Shown here in pieces: positions 13,065 to 26,989 of a DNA stretch of 64,000 nt. Under the pieces are notes generated by a model. It had not been told where the DNA came from. It made no database searches and saw nothing but the letters and a program-made list of their open reading frames with translations. Source of the stretch: Lama glama. Its lineage: Eukaryota. A program made the translations under genes and the position numbers. Position 1 is the stretch's first letter. Each line of letters opens with the position of its first letter. The DNA lies in contig CM052822.1 in NCBI GenBank assembly GCA_028534125.1, forward strand, positions 63,240,001-63,304,000, read 5' to 3'.

Positions 13065-13270
13065 GAATGGAAAAAACATGGGCTTCGGAATAGGACCAGT
13101 CTGCGGGCAGCTCTGGGCCCCGCAGAGCTGTTGTTGTCTTTGGCAAGGAACTTCACCTTTCTGAAGTTCTTTTTTCTGTGATATGAGGTCTGTGAAGACT
13201 AAATGAAATGAAGCGTGTGGCCCTGCTTAGCCTAGTCCCCAGCACACAGGAGGCATTTAATAAAGGTTAG
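13065..13270 (+). mobile_element. MIR remnant
   Basis: tggaaaaaacatgggcttcggaa...gtgaagactaaatgaaatgaagcgtg...cagcacacaggaggcatttaataaa. Confidence 0.6.
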
Positions 13271-14749
13271 TCCACCCCCCGCCTCCTCTTCTGTGTTCCT
13301 GGCTCCTTGGCATGGTGTTCCCTGTGGTAGATGCTTGACCGTATTCACTGAATGATTGTTCCAGAAAAAGAAGTTGATAAAGTTTCTTCATTAAACTTAG
13401 TTATTCTCTTCTTCTCTATCCAGGCTGCACCACATTAACTCTAGCAGGAAGGTAGAATCCTTTCTCTAAACTAGAATTTTATGGTGGGAAATCCTTCTCC
13501 CTTGAGTAAGGGTCACCGGGGGAGGTAAAAACACAGTACTCAATCCAACTGAAAGGGCCTTAAACTCAGTATTGGCTTTACCAAAGCCAGCCTGGGGCTT
13601 GTAGCTGTGCTTCCTCTCAGCAATTATCAAAGTGAGAACTGTGTTAACTCGCTTCCAATTCAATCCCCAGTTTGCCACTTGGGATCTGGAAGCTAGCTGA
13701 TTTTTTGACCTAAGGTGCTCTGCTATGTAGGGTTGCCAGTTATAATTATATGTTCAGGTGTCAGTTAGCAATACAGCCCATTATTTGGCAGTTTGGAGTA
13801 ATGAGATGGATTGTGCACTAACTAATCTTCCAATTCGACAAGCATTTGATAAGTGCTTTATACAGAAAATTCTGTATTGTACTGTACCTCATAAGGTTAT
13901 CTGAAGAGCTGGAGGTCAGAAATTTTAAATGTGCATTCCTTTGTAAGCTCATAAATTTTCAAATATTGCTAGAATCTTGAGCAGCAAAGAACAAGGCAGA
14001 AAGTTTTCCATAAAAACAGTTCTCACACATACAAGCATCACTTTGTATTCAAGTGACAAGAATTTCAAAGAAGTTACCTCACGGAGCAGATATGATGGAA
14101 ATTCACTTAGTGAAAAAAAAAAATACTTGCTGAATATGATTGTCCTATAGTCTGTGCTTGACTGGGGAAATCTTTGCGAGTGAAACAGACTGGCTTTCTC
14201 CAAAGAGTGCTAGTTTCCTATGATGTTTGACTTCTTTTCCTGTATCAGAGCTTTACGTGCAGATTTTTTCTCAGCGACGTTTTTAGATTTATGTGGTATT
14301 CCTTATGCTCCTGAATCTTCATTTTATACAGTTTATCCTTCTTGCTTGCCCAAAGCCTATTATTTCATGAAATGTGCTCTACTCCTCCTTGACCTCTGTT
14401 TCTCATAAATAGTCTAGTAGAACAGAGACTGAAGATGCGAGACCTCGCCTAGAGGGCGTGAGGATGGGTGGCAAGTGTCCACAGAATTCTTTTGTTTGGT
14501 GCCCTTGACCTTGAGCACGTAAGAGAATATAAGGCTCAGCCTCTCAGACTCCCTTTTTCACACCTGGCCTCTTTCTCCATCAGATTAGCGTGGATGTTCG
14601 TTTTTTCATAAACTCCTTTCACTTTCGTTTGTTTCCTTCTTCCTGCCTTTATTTCCTGGTGTGGCCAGTTTGGGACATTGTGAAGGTCAAGTCTCCAGAC
14701 CACTGTGCACCCACTTACTTGAGAATAGATGTATTTGGATAGTCATACT

Positions 14750-15156
14750 CCATGATGTACGGGAGCTGGCTCCCATAAGCTCCCTAGAGCTGGCTGTTAA
14801 ATTTTCAGAAATTTTGTGCATCGGTTTTTACATACAGCCGTTATTAAAAAGTGAGTTCCATAATATTAAAAGCAAAGATAATAAATCCTCAAACTCATCA
14901 CTTCTTGATGATTTTGCATTTTCTTACTATCTCTGTCCTTGGTTTTTTGCACCCGTCATAGATGACGGCAGAAACACTGTATTACCACATGTGTTACTGT
15001 GCATCTCTTCCCAACTCTGAGTTCCGTGACACCACTTTGGAAGCTTGAAATCAGCCATGGTGGGAGTATTTATAAACAGAAACCAGCAAAACTTAAAAAC
15101 TGGGACTCCTGCATCTCCCCGAAGAGCTGGTTGTCAGCTGTTTACCAGCACATTAG
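14750..15156. mobile_element. MER63-type hAT-Blackjack DNA transposon
   Basis: gagctggctgttaaattttcagaaattttg, actcatcacttc, gcatctcttcccaactc, agcttgaaatcagccatggtgggagtattt, and terminal tttaccagcaca. Confidence 0.8.
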
Positions 15157-15439
15157 CATTCACACTGTTCTCTTTTGCTGCTGCCAGTGTTCCAGTCACT
15201 GGTGGTCTTACACCGCATCAGTTGCCATTTATCTTCAAGATGGCAGAGCTCTTCCACTCCCCTGGTTACGCCTGCCTTGGCTCCCCAGTCCCGATTTCTG
15301 CAGTGACTCCATGGCTACTCCTCGGCTGCCCTTCCCCCCATCCTCCTCATCCCCAGTGAGTCCCTTGTTAATTTCTCTCTTTCGCCCTCTACTTTCCACC
15401 TCCCCTCCCTTTCTCCTTCCTGCTCCTTGCTCTGCGTAA

Positions 15440-15660
15440 GAGCCAGGGCTCTGGTGCCAGACTGACTGGCCTCGCATCTGACTGCACCATTCACTAGCTG
15501 TATTACACTGGGCTGGTTCCTGAGCGCTCTGTGCCTCAGGTCATCAGCTGTCAAGTGGAGATAATGGTAGTGTCCACCTCGTTGAATTATTACGGGGATT
15601 ATATGAGTGAATCGCTTTAAAAGCACCTTGAATAATGCCTGGCATATCCCAAGCAATATA
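15440..15660 (+). mobile_element. MIR remnant
   Basis: ggctctggtgccagactg...actagctgt...ctctgtgcctcagg...tggagataatggtag...aatgcctggcata. Confidence 0.75.
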
Positions 15661-18600
15661 TGTGTATTTATTTAATAAAGTAAACAGCTTCCGTTGTTAC
15701 CCAGCCCTTGCCCACAGGCTTACTGTGTGGTCGAGAGTTTCAGACAGAAAACGGAAACGCCAGAGGAGCACAGGAGAATAAAAGAAGACGAATAATGGCC
15801 TGAGGTTATAACACAGCTCCAGGGAACTAGGAATAACGTTAATAAAATAACCTGGAGAAAAAGTGACAATCAGGAAGGGAGACAAATAAGAAGAAAAATT
15901 GTCATGTTTCAGAATAATCTACACACATTAAAATATATAAATATAAATGTTTTATATTTTATTTTAGATACACACACCAAGAAAATAAAGGGATACTTTA
16001 TAATGCATAGAAACTTCCCATTTTAATTTAAGCAGTGAAACCAGTTTTGCCCCTCCTTCAGTGTAGAAATTTGGTTGTCACATACTGAAAGTGCTTAGCT
16101 AAATCAAATTTGTATTGAACGAGAGCCGTGGAGACCAAGTAAGAGATGTGCGTCCATATCTCTGAAACACGCCAGCCCAGGAGCCCAGTACTCATTTGTC
16201 TGACCATCTGGAAATCTCTAGTGATCTAAGCACTTAATTTTACCCTCATTTTTAGAACAAAAGGGAAACAATAAAAGAAGAAAATGGGCAGCAGGGACTT
16301 TCCACTTTTCATTAAAAAAAAAAAAAGAAAATCTTAGTGATAAAAGGAACGGAGAGTTTAAGAGAAAAAAATGAGAAACCATTAAAATGATTTGAATGCT
16401 CTGCCTGTATTTTGCAGTAGGCTCTATTGTTTTCAGTTACATGGGAATGGTGGTAATTTTATGAATCATTAGAGTTTTCTTTCCAAATTATATCCACGTG
16501 CTCTTAAAGTGCCTCTTCAGTTACCCACACTAAGAGGCTGTTGAACAGTTTTATTATTCCATTTAGTACTTTGGAGTTTTGTACTAATTTTGTGTTTTAA
16601 AAAATGTTATACTTACAACCCAAAGATAAAATCATGACTGCTGAATTTCTGCGTACTTAATTTCTCCTACTTTTTAAAACATGTGAGTCTGTCTCTGTTC
16701 TCTTTAATCTGAAAAGAGACTCCAGAATACATACAAAGCCCTTGTTTGATGGAATGATGACTGCCCACCCCCACCCCACCCCAAGGTTGAAAACAGTCAC
16801 AACAGCTGAACATTGTCCTTTGGCATCTATGTCTCATTAGGCGTAATGATCTGTAAAACATGTAGTCCTTTAATGAGACCTAACACCGCCCTCCTAGATC
16901 TGTGGTCCCCAAAGGCCAGTCCACCAACCGGGCCAACCAATCCAAAATGGAATCCATAGAAAATGAATAAAGTGAGGTCAGTGTAGCAAGGGAGAGGGGA
17001 GCTGTGTGGGGGACGTGTTTGGGTGGGTTTGAGAGAGAGAGAAAAGGAAAGGGTGGGGGGATTTTCAAGTTTACTTTTGGGGGAAGAACTGTCCTTTTTT
17101 TCTGATACTACTTTCTTCCTATTTTTTGGTGTTAAAATATTCATAATTTTATCATACTAATGTAGAAACAGTGATATTGTAGGTGATCTGTTTTTGTTTT
17201 GTTTTGTTTTAAGCACCATAACTTAGTAACATAAAAAGTTGGATCTCTGTTGATCCATTTATTTTTGCTGGTTAGTGAAATCCTGAAGTCTAGAAATTAT
17301 GGTACACGTCGCTGTTGGCCATATATTTCCCAGTGGCGTGGGTGTTTCCTGTGTGAAGAGATTGTCTTAGAAAGAAATACATCAAAGCTTCGATATTCTG
17401 ATTTTTAACCACTAACTGTTCTTGGACTCAGGAGGAAAGCAGCTTCCCTGGGCGGTGTGTGGGTGGTTCTGTTACCATTCCTTTCATGCAAACTGGCGGG
17501 ATGCCACTGGGTTGAGTTTAATCAAATGCATGGTGGTACTTTCTCATCTCATATAGGCCTCTCTCTTCACAAAAATGTGCTTTGATAACTAAAATCCAGG
17601 GTAAGTGCTAATGACTCATCTCCTAAACTTGGGAAGATGAGGTAGAGCTCAAATTGATTTTGTGGTGGGCAGGCTGGAGATGTCACCATGGGCCATGAAG
17701 AATATCACACCCCTTGCGCATGACAAAAGGGAGAGTAACTTGTTCAGGATCCCAAGAGCAGGCAGTGTTAAAACCACGTTTGGAACCCAGGTCTCCTGAT
17801 GGCTCATGATTTGAATTTTGCCTAGCAGCGCAAAGCTCATGTAGAACAGCTGACTTTATAGAATGGGCTAGAATGCCGGATTTATCACAGCCCGCTTTGT
17901 CAAAAACAAGATCTACTTTTTGAAATTCATTAGCTCTTCTCATACTTTATTGTCCCTCCTAGGATGAGTCATGACTGACTTGGAGCTCTACCCTGGAACA
18001 AATTTTCCTTTCCATGTGCACGCTTCCACACTCCCTCGCACCCTCTCTCCCCCAAACAATTCCATATGTCCTGTTTTCCTAGAAGCCAAGCTCCCTGCTC
18101 CTTCCCCTCAGAGGGCTCCAGCTCTCACCTCTGAGGTGCACGAGTAACTGAGGCTGAAACAACTTGTAGCTAAACTTGTCAGCATAATTGATTATTATGT
18201 GGTGGCAGCCACCAAAGACAGGTGAGCCTGCGCAGAGTGGAACAAATGTGTGCGTAGTTACGCATCTCCCACTAGGCCTAGCCGGGCTTCCTCCTCTGAC
18301 ATGTTGATTTATATATTTGTAGCTCTTCCCTGATGAATTGGTGCCCCATCGTGGGTCATTGGCACCTCCTGCTGAAGAGAGCTCGCCTTTGCTAGGAAAA
18401 AGAAATTGTCAAGGTTCTGCTCTGTGAATTTCCGGGGTGGGTTGTTTGTTGGCACTACCCGGAGTGGCTGAGGACATGTAATCTTTAAAAGGACAGAATA
18501 ATCACAAAAAGCGCTTGAATAATACTGCTACATCAAGAGAGGGGCTTCTGTGAATACAGATGCTGTGCGGCTTGACAGAAACTGGTTCGAGTAGAATGAG

Positions 18601-19389
18601 AGTTTGAGAAATACAAAGAAATGCAAACATTTAGGGCCACCTTTGGTGGCAGCTTGGTGTTGTAATGTTCTTTTAAAACCTCTTTCTAACTGTTATACTT
18701 GTTCCTTGAAACTGTTTTAAGTGTTAGACTTGCTAAAAAAAAAGGGATGATGATGACTGTTCTACTTTCTCACAATCTGTTGGAATATCGATTGAGATAT
18801 TTACGAAGTACTCTTGAGTTCTCAGGAAGGAGGGTGTTAGAAAATGCGATGGTGATGTTGTTGGCAGGACATAAAAAGTTATGTGAAAATATAATTTCAG
18901 AAAGAAACAGTTTGAATTATTAACCTGAGCCTGTATGGCAGTCTTATGTCCTTATGAGTCCATCCTTTGTCTTAAGTAACAGCTCTGGGTCGTTTAAGAG
19001 GCCAGGATATCAGGACAGTATGAAGAGATGAGAGCCCTTGCTGGCTTACAGCTGTCCCTGAAGAGTGTCTGGGCTGCTGGCGTTGGGGTGACCTGTGCCC
19101 CCAGATAAAGAAGAGCCTAGTGACCAGGAGGGTCCAGTCTTTACTGCCTGTCCTGAATCCATCCTGTCTACGTGCTGGGTTACCGCGCACCTTCTTTTCA
19201 CCAACACATGTCTCAAATGAGTGTCTTAACTCCCTTCTCAGCTTCCTGTAAACCTGGTTCTGGTCTCACTAGTCACAGTACTGAAACTGTCATCTGAAGG
19301 TCACAGTAACCTTCCATAGTCAGTCCTCATTCACCTTAACTTGCTGCATGGGCACTGGGGACTGCCTAAGAAGATCAACTAATACAACC

Positions 19390-19830
19390 TTTCTACTTCT
19401 GTGCTGTTACTGGAAGTAACAAAAGATTTCTAAAACTCCAAGTTTTGTCTTTTCAGCTCACCGAGACTCCCAGGTTCTGTTTGGGAACTGCCTTCCTGCA
19501 TTATGGCCTGGAAACTCCAACTGGGGCATCCACAGGGCTCACTTCATTTATTTTCCTTCTCCAGTGTCTGAAAACTGTTGCTTCGTATAGTTCATCTGGC
19601 TTTCTGGTTGTTTAAATCAAGACTTCAAGCTATTTTATACCAAAACACTTAGTATTACTTCTCTATAGAGCAAGAGCATTTTCCTCATTATCTAAATAAC
19701 TATCACTTTTACCAACATTAACAGTAAGCTCTTCATATCATAAAATATTTAGTCCATTTTGAAATTTCCCAAATGTCACAAAAATGTTCTTCACTACTAG
19801 TTTGTCCAAACTAGGATTCCATCTGGGACC
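19390..19830 (-). mobile_element. Very old L1M fragments (L1ME-like 5' piece and L1MC-like 3' piece)
   Basis: gggctcacttcatttattttccttct..tgtctgaaaactgttgcttc; aaatatttagtccattttgaaatttcccaaatgtcacaaaaatg. Confidence 0.55.
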
Positions 19831-21229
19831 CTAAGTATTATGTGGCTTAAGAGAATTAGACTGTGGACAGCAAGTTACTTTCAGCTCTAGAGTTAGGATT
19901 CTGAGCCCCAGCACCTAACAAACTGCCCTGCTTCTCTCCATCTGCAGGAGAAAGCCCTCAGTCTGTCGTCCAGACCTTCTACAAGCTGGCTCCCCCTGTC
20001 CAGTCAACCCTTTCCTCCTCCAGCCACAAATGTCTTGTCTTTGTAATATGAGACCAGCTCACTCCTTCTTCCCAGCCTTTGCCAGCCCCTTTTCTCTAGC
20101 CTGAAATACCTTGCCTCTGCCCTCCCATGTATCCAAACTTGGCCCATCCTCCAGATCCCAGTTGAGGCTCTCCAACTCCTATTCCTCTGTGTTGTCTTTT
20201 GTACTTACTTTCATCTCTTGTAATGGTACTTGTTTCTTGTTATAAATGACATTATCCCAACTTGATTATCATCACCCTTGGAAAAAAGAGACCATGCTTG
20301 ATACCAAGAACACTGCTTGGCAGAAATGAAGAAGTATAGCTGCTAATTTTGTTCCTATTATGCTTCTGTGTCCCGCCTAACATGTAGCACGATGTGGTTT
20401 GCAGAACAGTAACCTTAAGTGCTTTTGAAGTATGTATGTGGTGTGTAGGGGTGAGGGGGCGTTGGCGATATTTCTCACAAGTGCTAGTGCTCACCTATTC
20501 GCTGATCTATTTCCACTCTCTGGGTTCTATTATATATGAAGGGGAATTGATAACCTGGCCTTAGAGTTAGATTGATCTGAAGTATATAAATCAACAAATA
20601 CTTCTTTATTACCTGGTATTAGCTAGGAAAACAAAGATGTCCCCTGGGAACTTACAATCTAATTAAACACAACTCTTTCCCCTTCCCTGCTATTTTGTTT
20701 TGTTCTGAATATGAAATCACAAACCCCTAAATAAACCTCATAAAAAGCCAGCTGTGCTTATAAGATATGTTAGACGCAGATTTCATTCAACTGCAAATGA
20801 TCCTCTACCCAAAATGTTTTAAAAATTATTAGTAATTTATGTCATATATATTTTCCAAGTTTTTAATTAGCAGATAAATTGTATAATCACTTTTGTGAAT
20901 TTTAAAGGAATATAGTTTTACTGATTGCCCAAAATTTGACCTCATATTTTCTTTTTTTTAAGCCTACTTACAGATTCTCCCTAACTCTTTAGACTTCCAG
21001 AGCTCAGATGTATTTCCCTGTTGGCTATATATTTGCCTTTTCTGAATGATGGAATGGAACCTTTTGAAATGATCTTCCAGCACTTGGAGTGGATCATCTA
21101 ATAACTAGTGACATCAGATTGGATTAATTTGTTGTATTTTCTTGCTGGAGAAGGGGAGAAAAGAGATATTCAAAATATTTAAGGACTAGGTTGTAGCTCG
21201 AGGATGTAGCTCCTGACTGCCTCTCTCAG

Positions 21230-21860
21230 CCTGCCCTCCTGACACACTTGTGCACTCCGTTCTCCCCAGCCATGAAGAGCCACTTGCAGTTCCCCAAATC
21301 CCACGCTATTTCATGTTCATGCTGCTGCCTCTACCTGAAGTGCTTTTTCCTCCCTCTCCGTCAATCTACAAGTTGCTATTTGTCTTTCAGGTTTCAGGGG
21401 AGGGTATAGCTCAGTGGTAGCGTGTCTGCTTAGCAAGCGCAAGGTCCTGGGTTCAATCCCCAGTACCTCCATTAAAATAAATAAATAAACCTAATTGCCT
21501 CCCCCACCAAAGTAAATTTAGAAAATACAAATAAAGAGAAAAAATAATTTTAATTAAAAAGAAGTGTCTTTCAGAATTCAGTTCAGTTGTAGCTTCCTCT
21601 TTCTCAGAACTCCCTCCACCCCTTTCACCCCAATCCAACTAACTCTTTCCTCCTCTGTGCCTCTGCTGTACAATATACAGGTGCCCAGAACAGCAGCGCC
21701 AGTGACACTTCATTGTCCTTATTTGTGAGCTTGTGTGTCTCCTCCTACTAATATCTAAGGTCGCTGGAGGGCAGGAAACTTGTCTCCTGGCATTTTCTCT
21801 CCTACAGTTAGCCTAGTATTTGGCCCAGAGATAATATCTGCTTAATAAATATGTACCTAT
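21230..21860 (+). mobile_element. L2 3' remnant interrupted by a SINE
   Basis: Pyrimidine-rich L2 body, ending ggagggcagg...gcctagta..tggcccagag...gcttaataaatatgt. Confidence 0.65.
21397..21564 (+). mobile_element. Camelid tRNA-derived SINE, long form
   Basis: ggggagggtatagctcagtggtag...ggttcaatccccagtacctcc...aaacctaattgcctccccc, then A tail. TSD tgtctttcaggtttcag 21381-21397 / tgtctttcagaattcag 21565-21581. Confidence 0.93.
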
Positions 21861-22191
21861 TTAATCAATTAGTTAAATTCCCTACTGTTTTCCCACAAAA
21901 CTTCTGATCCTTCTGAACAGTTCTCATCTATAGCAGTGGTCTGTCGTAGAATTACCAACAATACTTGCTACATCTTCACATTTTAAAAATATACCCTAAG
22001 TGAAAGCCATTATAATAGAAGACTTACACTCTTACAGATGGTATTCTCAGACAAATTTTTGAAGGGGGTATCTATTCATTTGTGTGACAGTTGGACGTAA
22101 ATTGTTTAAAATTAAGATTGAACATGTATGCATGTAACCACCAACCAAATGTCCCTCCCAGTCCATACATATCCCCCTCTTCCCTAGCAAT

Positions 22192-22270
22192 GGGTATTCA
22201 TCTGGGTTCTCCAGGGAAAGGGAGCCAACAGCGGGGGAGAGGGAGATGGATAGATACGTAGATAGATATG
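22192..22270. mobile_element. MLT2-like (ERVL) LTR terminal fragment
   Basis: tattcatctgggttctccagggaaagggagccaacag...gatagat resembles the MLT2 terminus. Confidence 0.5.
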
Positions 22271-22624
22271 TTCTAGGTGTTTCCAACAGGAGGCCCTAAT
22301 GAAGGTTAAGGAGAGTCTTCCCATACAAAGACGCTTTTAACTGAGACCTGAAAGATAAAAAAAAAAACAACAAAAAAAGCACTCTAGGAAAGGAAGACAA
22401 GGGACAGAACTTTGCAGACAAGTGCAAAGCCCTGAAACGCGAATGACGCCCTGAAGCAGCCCCACTTCGGCAGATCTCAGGGAGGCAAGGGGAGAATGGT
22501 ACATGGTGAGGCTTGAGGGGTAGATGGAAGCCAGGCCATGGAGGGCCTTATGGATTATATGATGAACGTGGGGCCTGGTGTATTAAAGAGCTTTAAGTTG
22601 GTAGAGACAGAATCAGATAGAACT

Positions 22625-23125
22625 TTAACTTTTTTCTTTTGAAGTTGAATTTACAAACTGTAAACTGCACGGATCTCAAGTGCAAAAAATTTTTACATAT
22701 GTTTTTGCTATGCGACAGTTACCCAGTCAAGCTATTTCCAGCACCTGGAAGGTTCTCTTCTTCCCAGTCAGGACCCACCCACTAAGGGTAGCCGCTGTTC
22801 TGCCTTCTATCACCAGGGATTCCTTATGGCTGTTTTTGAACTTTAGTAATGACAAAACCATGCCGGTGTGCTCCTTTCTGTCTGACTGCTTTCACCTACC
22901 CCGCAATCTGTGAGCTGGGTCCCTGTTGTCGCGTGTAGGGGAGTTCGTCCTATTTCCTTGCTCTGAAGTGTCCCGTTGTCTGAATATACCAGTTTATTTG
23001 CCCATTCAACTACTGATGGACTTGAGGATCACCTTTATTACTTTTCTAAACTATTGTGAATACAACTGCTGTGAGTAGTTGTGTTCATGTCTTGTGATGG
23101 ATGCAAGCACTCATTTCTGTGGGAG
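22625..23125 (-). mobile_element. Old L1M 3'UTR fragment inserted in an L2 remnant (L2 about 22300-23175)
   Basis: ttgaagttgaatttacaaactgtaaactgcacggatctcaagtg...tttgcccattcaactactgatggact...ctattgtgaatacaactgctgtgag. Confidence 0.75.
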
Positions 23126-23518
23126 ACGTAACTTTGTGAAGGATCACTCTGCCTGTGAGGTGGAGGATGATTGGGGGAGGGGGAAAGTGCTTCTCCTCAG
23201 TCACCAACTCCCTGGGTGCATAGTCTTTTACCAGTTACCTTATTAGAGGAGCAAACCCATTCAGAATATTTTAAACATCACATCAATCAAAATATAGATT
23301 CAAAACCAGAAAGCAGATTTCCTTCTGGTTTCTGTCATTATTGTCATTGTTGTAGTTGTGATGGTTTACAGCCAGCTACAACTTAGAGCTGATAGTAATT
23401 GGAGGACGATATAGCATAACAAGTTTTGGCAACTTCTAGTTGGGTATTTCCCAATAAACAGAAACATTACTGTCATCATCAGACATTCCTGAAGCTCCCG
23501 CCTTCCACAATTGCTGGG

Positions 23519-23543
23519 GTGTGTGTGTGTGTGTGTGTGTGTG
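23519..23543. repeat. (TG)n microsatellite
   Basis: About 12 TG units. Confidence 0.95.
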
Positions 23544-26500
23544 GTGGGATGTGTCTTGAGTGATGGGTGAATTAATTCTATGTTTTCTTTCAAATTCTTC
23601 CTAAATTAGTTTCCCAGAACCCTAGGTTCTTTGTAGCATTTCTGAACCATCTATGCTCCAAGGGCTAAACCAACACACAAATACTGCCTTCTCCAGATTA
23701 AGGCTTTTTGGTTTTGTTTTTTATCTGAATTGTGAATTTAGTTATGTATCTTAAAACTTTAAAGTAGCACATTTAGTTGTGTGTATATGTATATATATGT
23801 GTGTGTGCATGTGTGTGTATATATTTATGGATTGCCATTATAGAAAATAATATGATCAGGTGAAACTAGGAATTTTTTTGTAGAAAAATCTAAGAACTTT
23901 AGTCATAAATGTACTGTCTTTAGTACCATGGGAATAAAGGTACAGTAATATAGTAATAAAGAGACTGTGGTCTGAGTCCACCTTACCAAATCAGGCTTTT
24001 GAGCCACTATTTTGTGCTATAATTACACTCTAAGTAGGTTTTTCACCCTGTTCTGAATGTGCATCAGTTAATCTAACAGACATCTGTTGAGCACCTGCAA
24101 CATACTAGATATTTTGCTACTAGGTAGTAGAGAGATGAAGATAGAGTCATTGATCAAAAACAATTTGTCGTCTGATGAAAGAATATAAATAAAGAAGTGA
24201 GCCAGTGATGGCCATGCCCTGTTAGGGCTTGGGCTAAATGGACAAGGTCTTAAATGTCCAGTCATTTTCACGCATTCGTGCATTTTTAAAGTACAGAACC
24301 AAAGAGCTAGCCCTGATGCACCATCTCCTTATTTTAGATTTCTGGTGTATTCCTGTAAGAAACTCGAGTTGTTTATTTTTCATAGCAGTGGTTTCTTAAT
24401 TGCCTCAGCTATCCTGGGATTTTTTTTTCCTATTCTCATTTTTCATGTCATGCTCAGACTTTATTACCTGGTAATAAGTTGCAAGAAATGAGAATTGAGT
24501 TATATTTAAATAAATATCAATCATTTGTGATATGTTTAATAGAAATTATAATGAATAAAATCAAGGCTTTACTTATTATGAAGTCATTATAGTCAACATC
24601 AGCAAATCCCAAAATTAATAATGAGACAATAAATCATTTATGATGCCAAAGAGATCAGGTAAACACAAACAGGATTGACCTTGTTAGAAACTTGGTATTT
24701 TCAGTATTTGTCAGAGACACTGATTTGGAAATAATTATAAATTCTTGGAAAATGGAAACTTTTTCCCCTGTAAAAATACCTATCATTTGGCAAACTACAG
24801 TGTCATTTTCTTTGAAAAGAATGTAGTGATTGATTATGCAGAGTGCTACCATGACAATGTAAACCAACCAAATAGCTGGAAAATTGTATGTCATCATATA
24901 GCGTCACATAGGCTTTTGTTGAGCACAGCCATTGGAATTAAACCATGGCATTACAGTCATTCCCTGCAGGGACTTCCTATTACCCCATAACATTTACCTC
25001 CAGGGGATATTCCTATGTGCTTGCAGTCTCCCCTCCCCTCTGAATGTCATCAGCACCGTTCTAGTCACCAAAACCACCGGGATATAGACGACCAAACTGA
25101 ATCCACCCAAAGAGATTTCAGAATGCAAAGATGTCTGCATCTAGCATCTTGCACATGTATGGCCTCCCTCCCGTTATTTACTTGTGTTAACAGAATTAGT
25201 AGTTTCTTTTATTAGTAGTATTGTCCTGAGGAGCCTGAGAAATTATAAATAACCAAGGGAAGGGGGAAACAGGAGGTGGTTTTGGAAAAGAACATCAGCC
25301 TTGCTTTTGAGAAGTTGGTAATCTAATCAGGAAGGTCGTTCCCCCCCCCACCCCACACACACACCTACACACACCTGAGATGACCTGGAACATTGACACA
25401 AAATTCCCTAAGTCTGCAAGGACCAGTGCACCAGCTGAGTGATAAAAATCAGTAGACTAGAAGAGCCATTAAATTATCCTTGCTTACTAGGAGACTGGAT
25501 TGAGTCATAAGAAAGGAAGGGGCCACCCAAACCTACCCCAGATTTGATTATCAATAGCGTAATTGGAAATAGAGCCAGGCTCTTTCTCTCAGTAATCTGA
25601 GCCATCTCCCTGAGCACATCTTCCCTGCAGTGTTTTAGATGTTAAACGGGCTTTGTTAGAATGGCCGAACTCCACTCTCCTTTATTAATTGCTGTCCACA
25701 TGTTGTAGGATATCCTGTGTTCTTAATCAGAGGGGGATTTTAGATTCTTTTTAGCAGCATGGGGACATGTAGCTAAGCAGAATCAATTCCTGTCACTCAC
25801 ACACAAATGCAGAGGAGCAGGATTATGGAGCAGAGTGAAGCTGCAGTGCTTTGATCTTAAAATCGATACAGGAAAGGAAATTGAACTTTGGGGATTCTAT
25901 AGAGACTGTAATTTGGTTTCCTCTGAGTTTTGCCGAACAGAACATAACTGCTCCTTCCTTTCACCTTCTGATTACTTCACTTGGGGTAGCAGGGAAAGGG
26001 GAAGGAAAGAAGAAATCTCTACCACAAAATAATCCTGAAGAAGCATCACACGTAAACTCATAACTCAAGCTACTCCTCTGTTGTGTTGAGAAAAGTTGTA
26101 CACTTTTATCCGTTGTTATCTTCAGAAAAAAAAAATTAACCAAAATTGTATCCCATAGTCTGTATGTAAACATAATAAAATGTCTTTGATTATTTCTTGG
26201 TTACTGTCAGACTTAAAAAATTTTCCAATGTTTACTATTATGGCTAAATCTACCATTGCTTATGTAACTCTTAAATAAATACATATTCATCAAACCAGTT
26301 ATTGACCAAAGGATTCCAAGCTTCTAAGTATGTGATTAATACTCACTCCAGTGTAATTGTGCTCCTTGTGAAAGAGTCATGAACTAGTGGTTTAAACAAC
26401 TCTGTCTTTTCTTAATCAAAGATTGAGAACTGATTGAATATGCCTCTTTTCAGATACAGCACTGATTCGCTGCACAGGATTATCAGTCTCGAAGATAGGC

Positions 26501-26626
26501 TTATTGTTTTTTCCCTCGGATATTCCTTTCATTCAGTTTTCAAACCTATCTCAGTCTATTTGGATAGTGCTTCTACAGTGACAAAAACAGTAGGAAATAC
26601 TATGATTCATGAGAAATGGTTTCTGA

Positions 26627-26840
26627 GGCAGAATGGTGTAGTTAAGAGAGCCAAGCCCAGAGTCCTGCTTTGTTTCTTTTTCTAAGCCTGCTTCCCCATC
26701 CTTACACTGGGATGATGAAGGGATTCAGCTAATAGGTAGGCGTGTAGAGAGGATTAAATGAGATAAAGCCTGGAGAGTACCTAACATTGTACTTTGCACT
26801 TGTAAGAATCCAGTAAGTGTTCATGATTATCACATGATTA
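26627..26840 (+). mobile_element. MIR remnant
   Basis: gaggcagaatggtgtagttaagagagc...gaggattaaatgagataaagc. Confidence 0.7.
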
Positions 26841-26989
26841 TATTATTATGTGAGTTTCAAGTGAGGTAACATATGCTGTGTATGTGAAAACATTCTACAA
26901 GCCGTAAGGCACAATACAAATGTTGGTTGTTATTCTTAATAGATTGATGGTTTTGAAACTTTTAAAACAAATCCTGGAAGGTGTTTTTT

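Noticed and set aside
17557-17606. 44-nt cryptic exon with a GTAAGT donor
   Set aside because: The acceptor is weak, the length shifts the frame, and such matches are expected by chance in long introns.
21397-21470. tRNA gene calls for the SINE heads
   Set aside because: A and B boxes are present, but the copies are diverged and have A tails and TSDs. They are SINEs, not tRNA genes.
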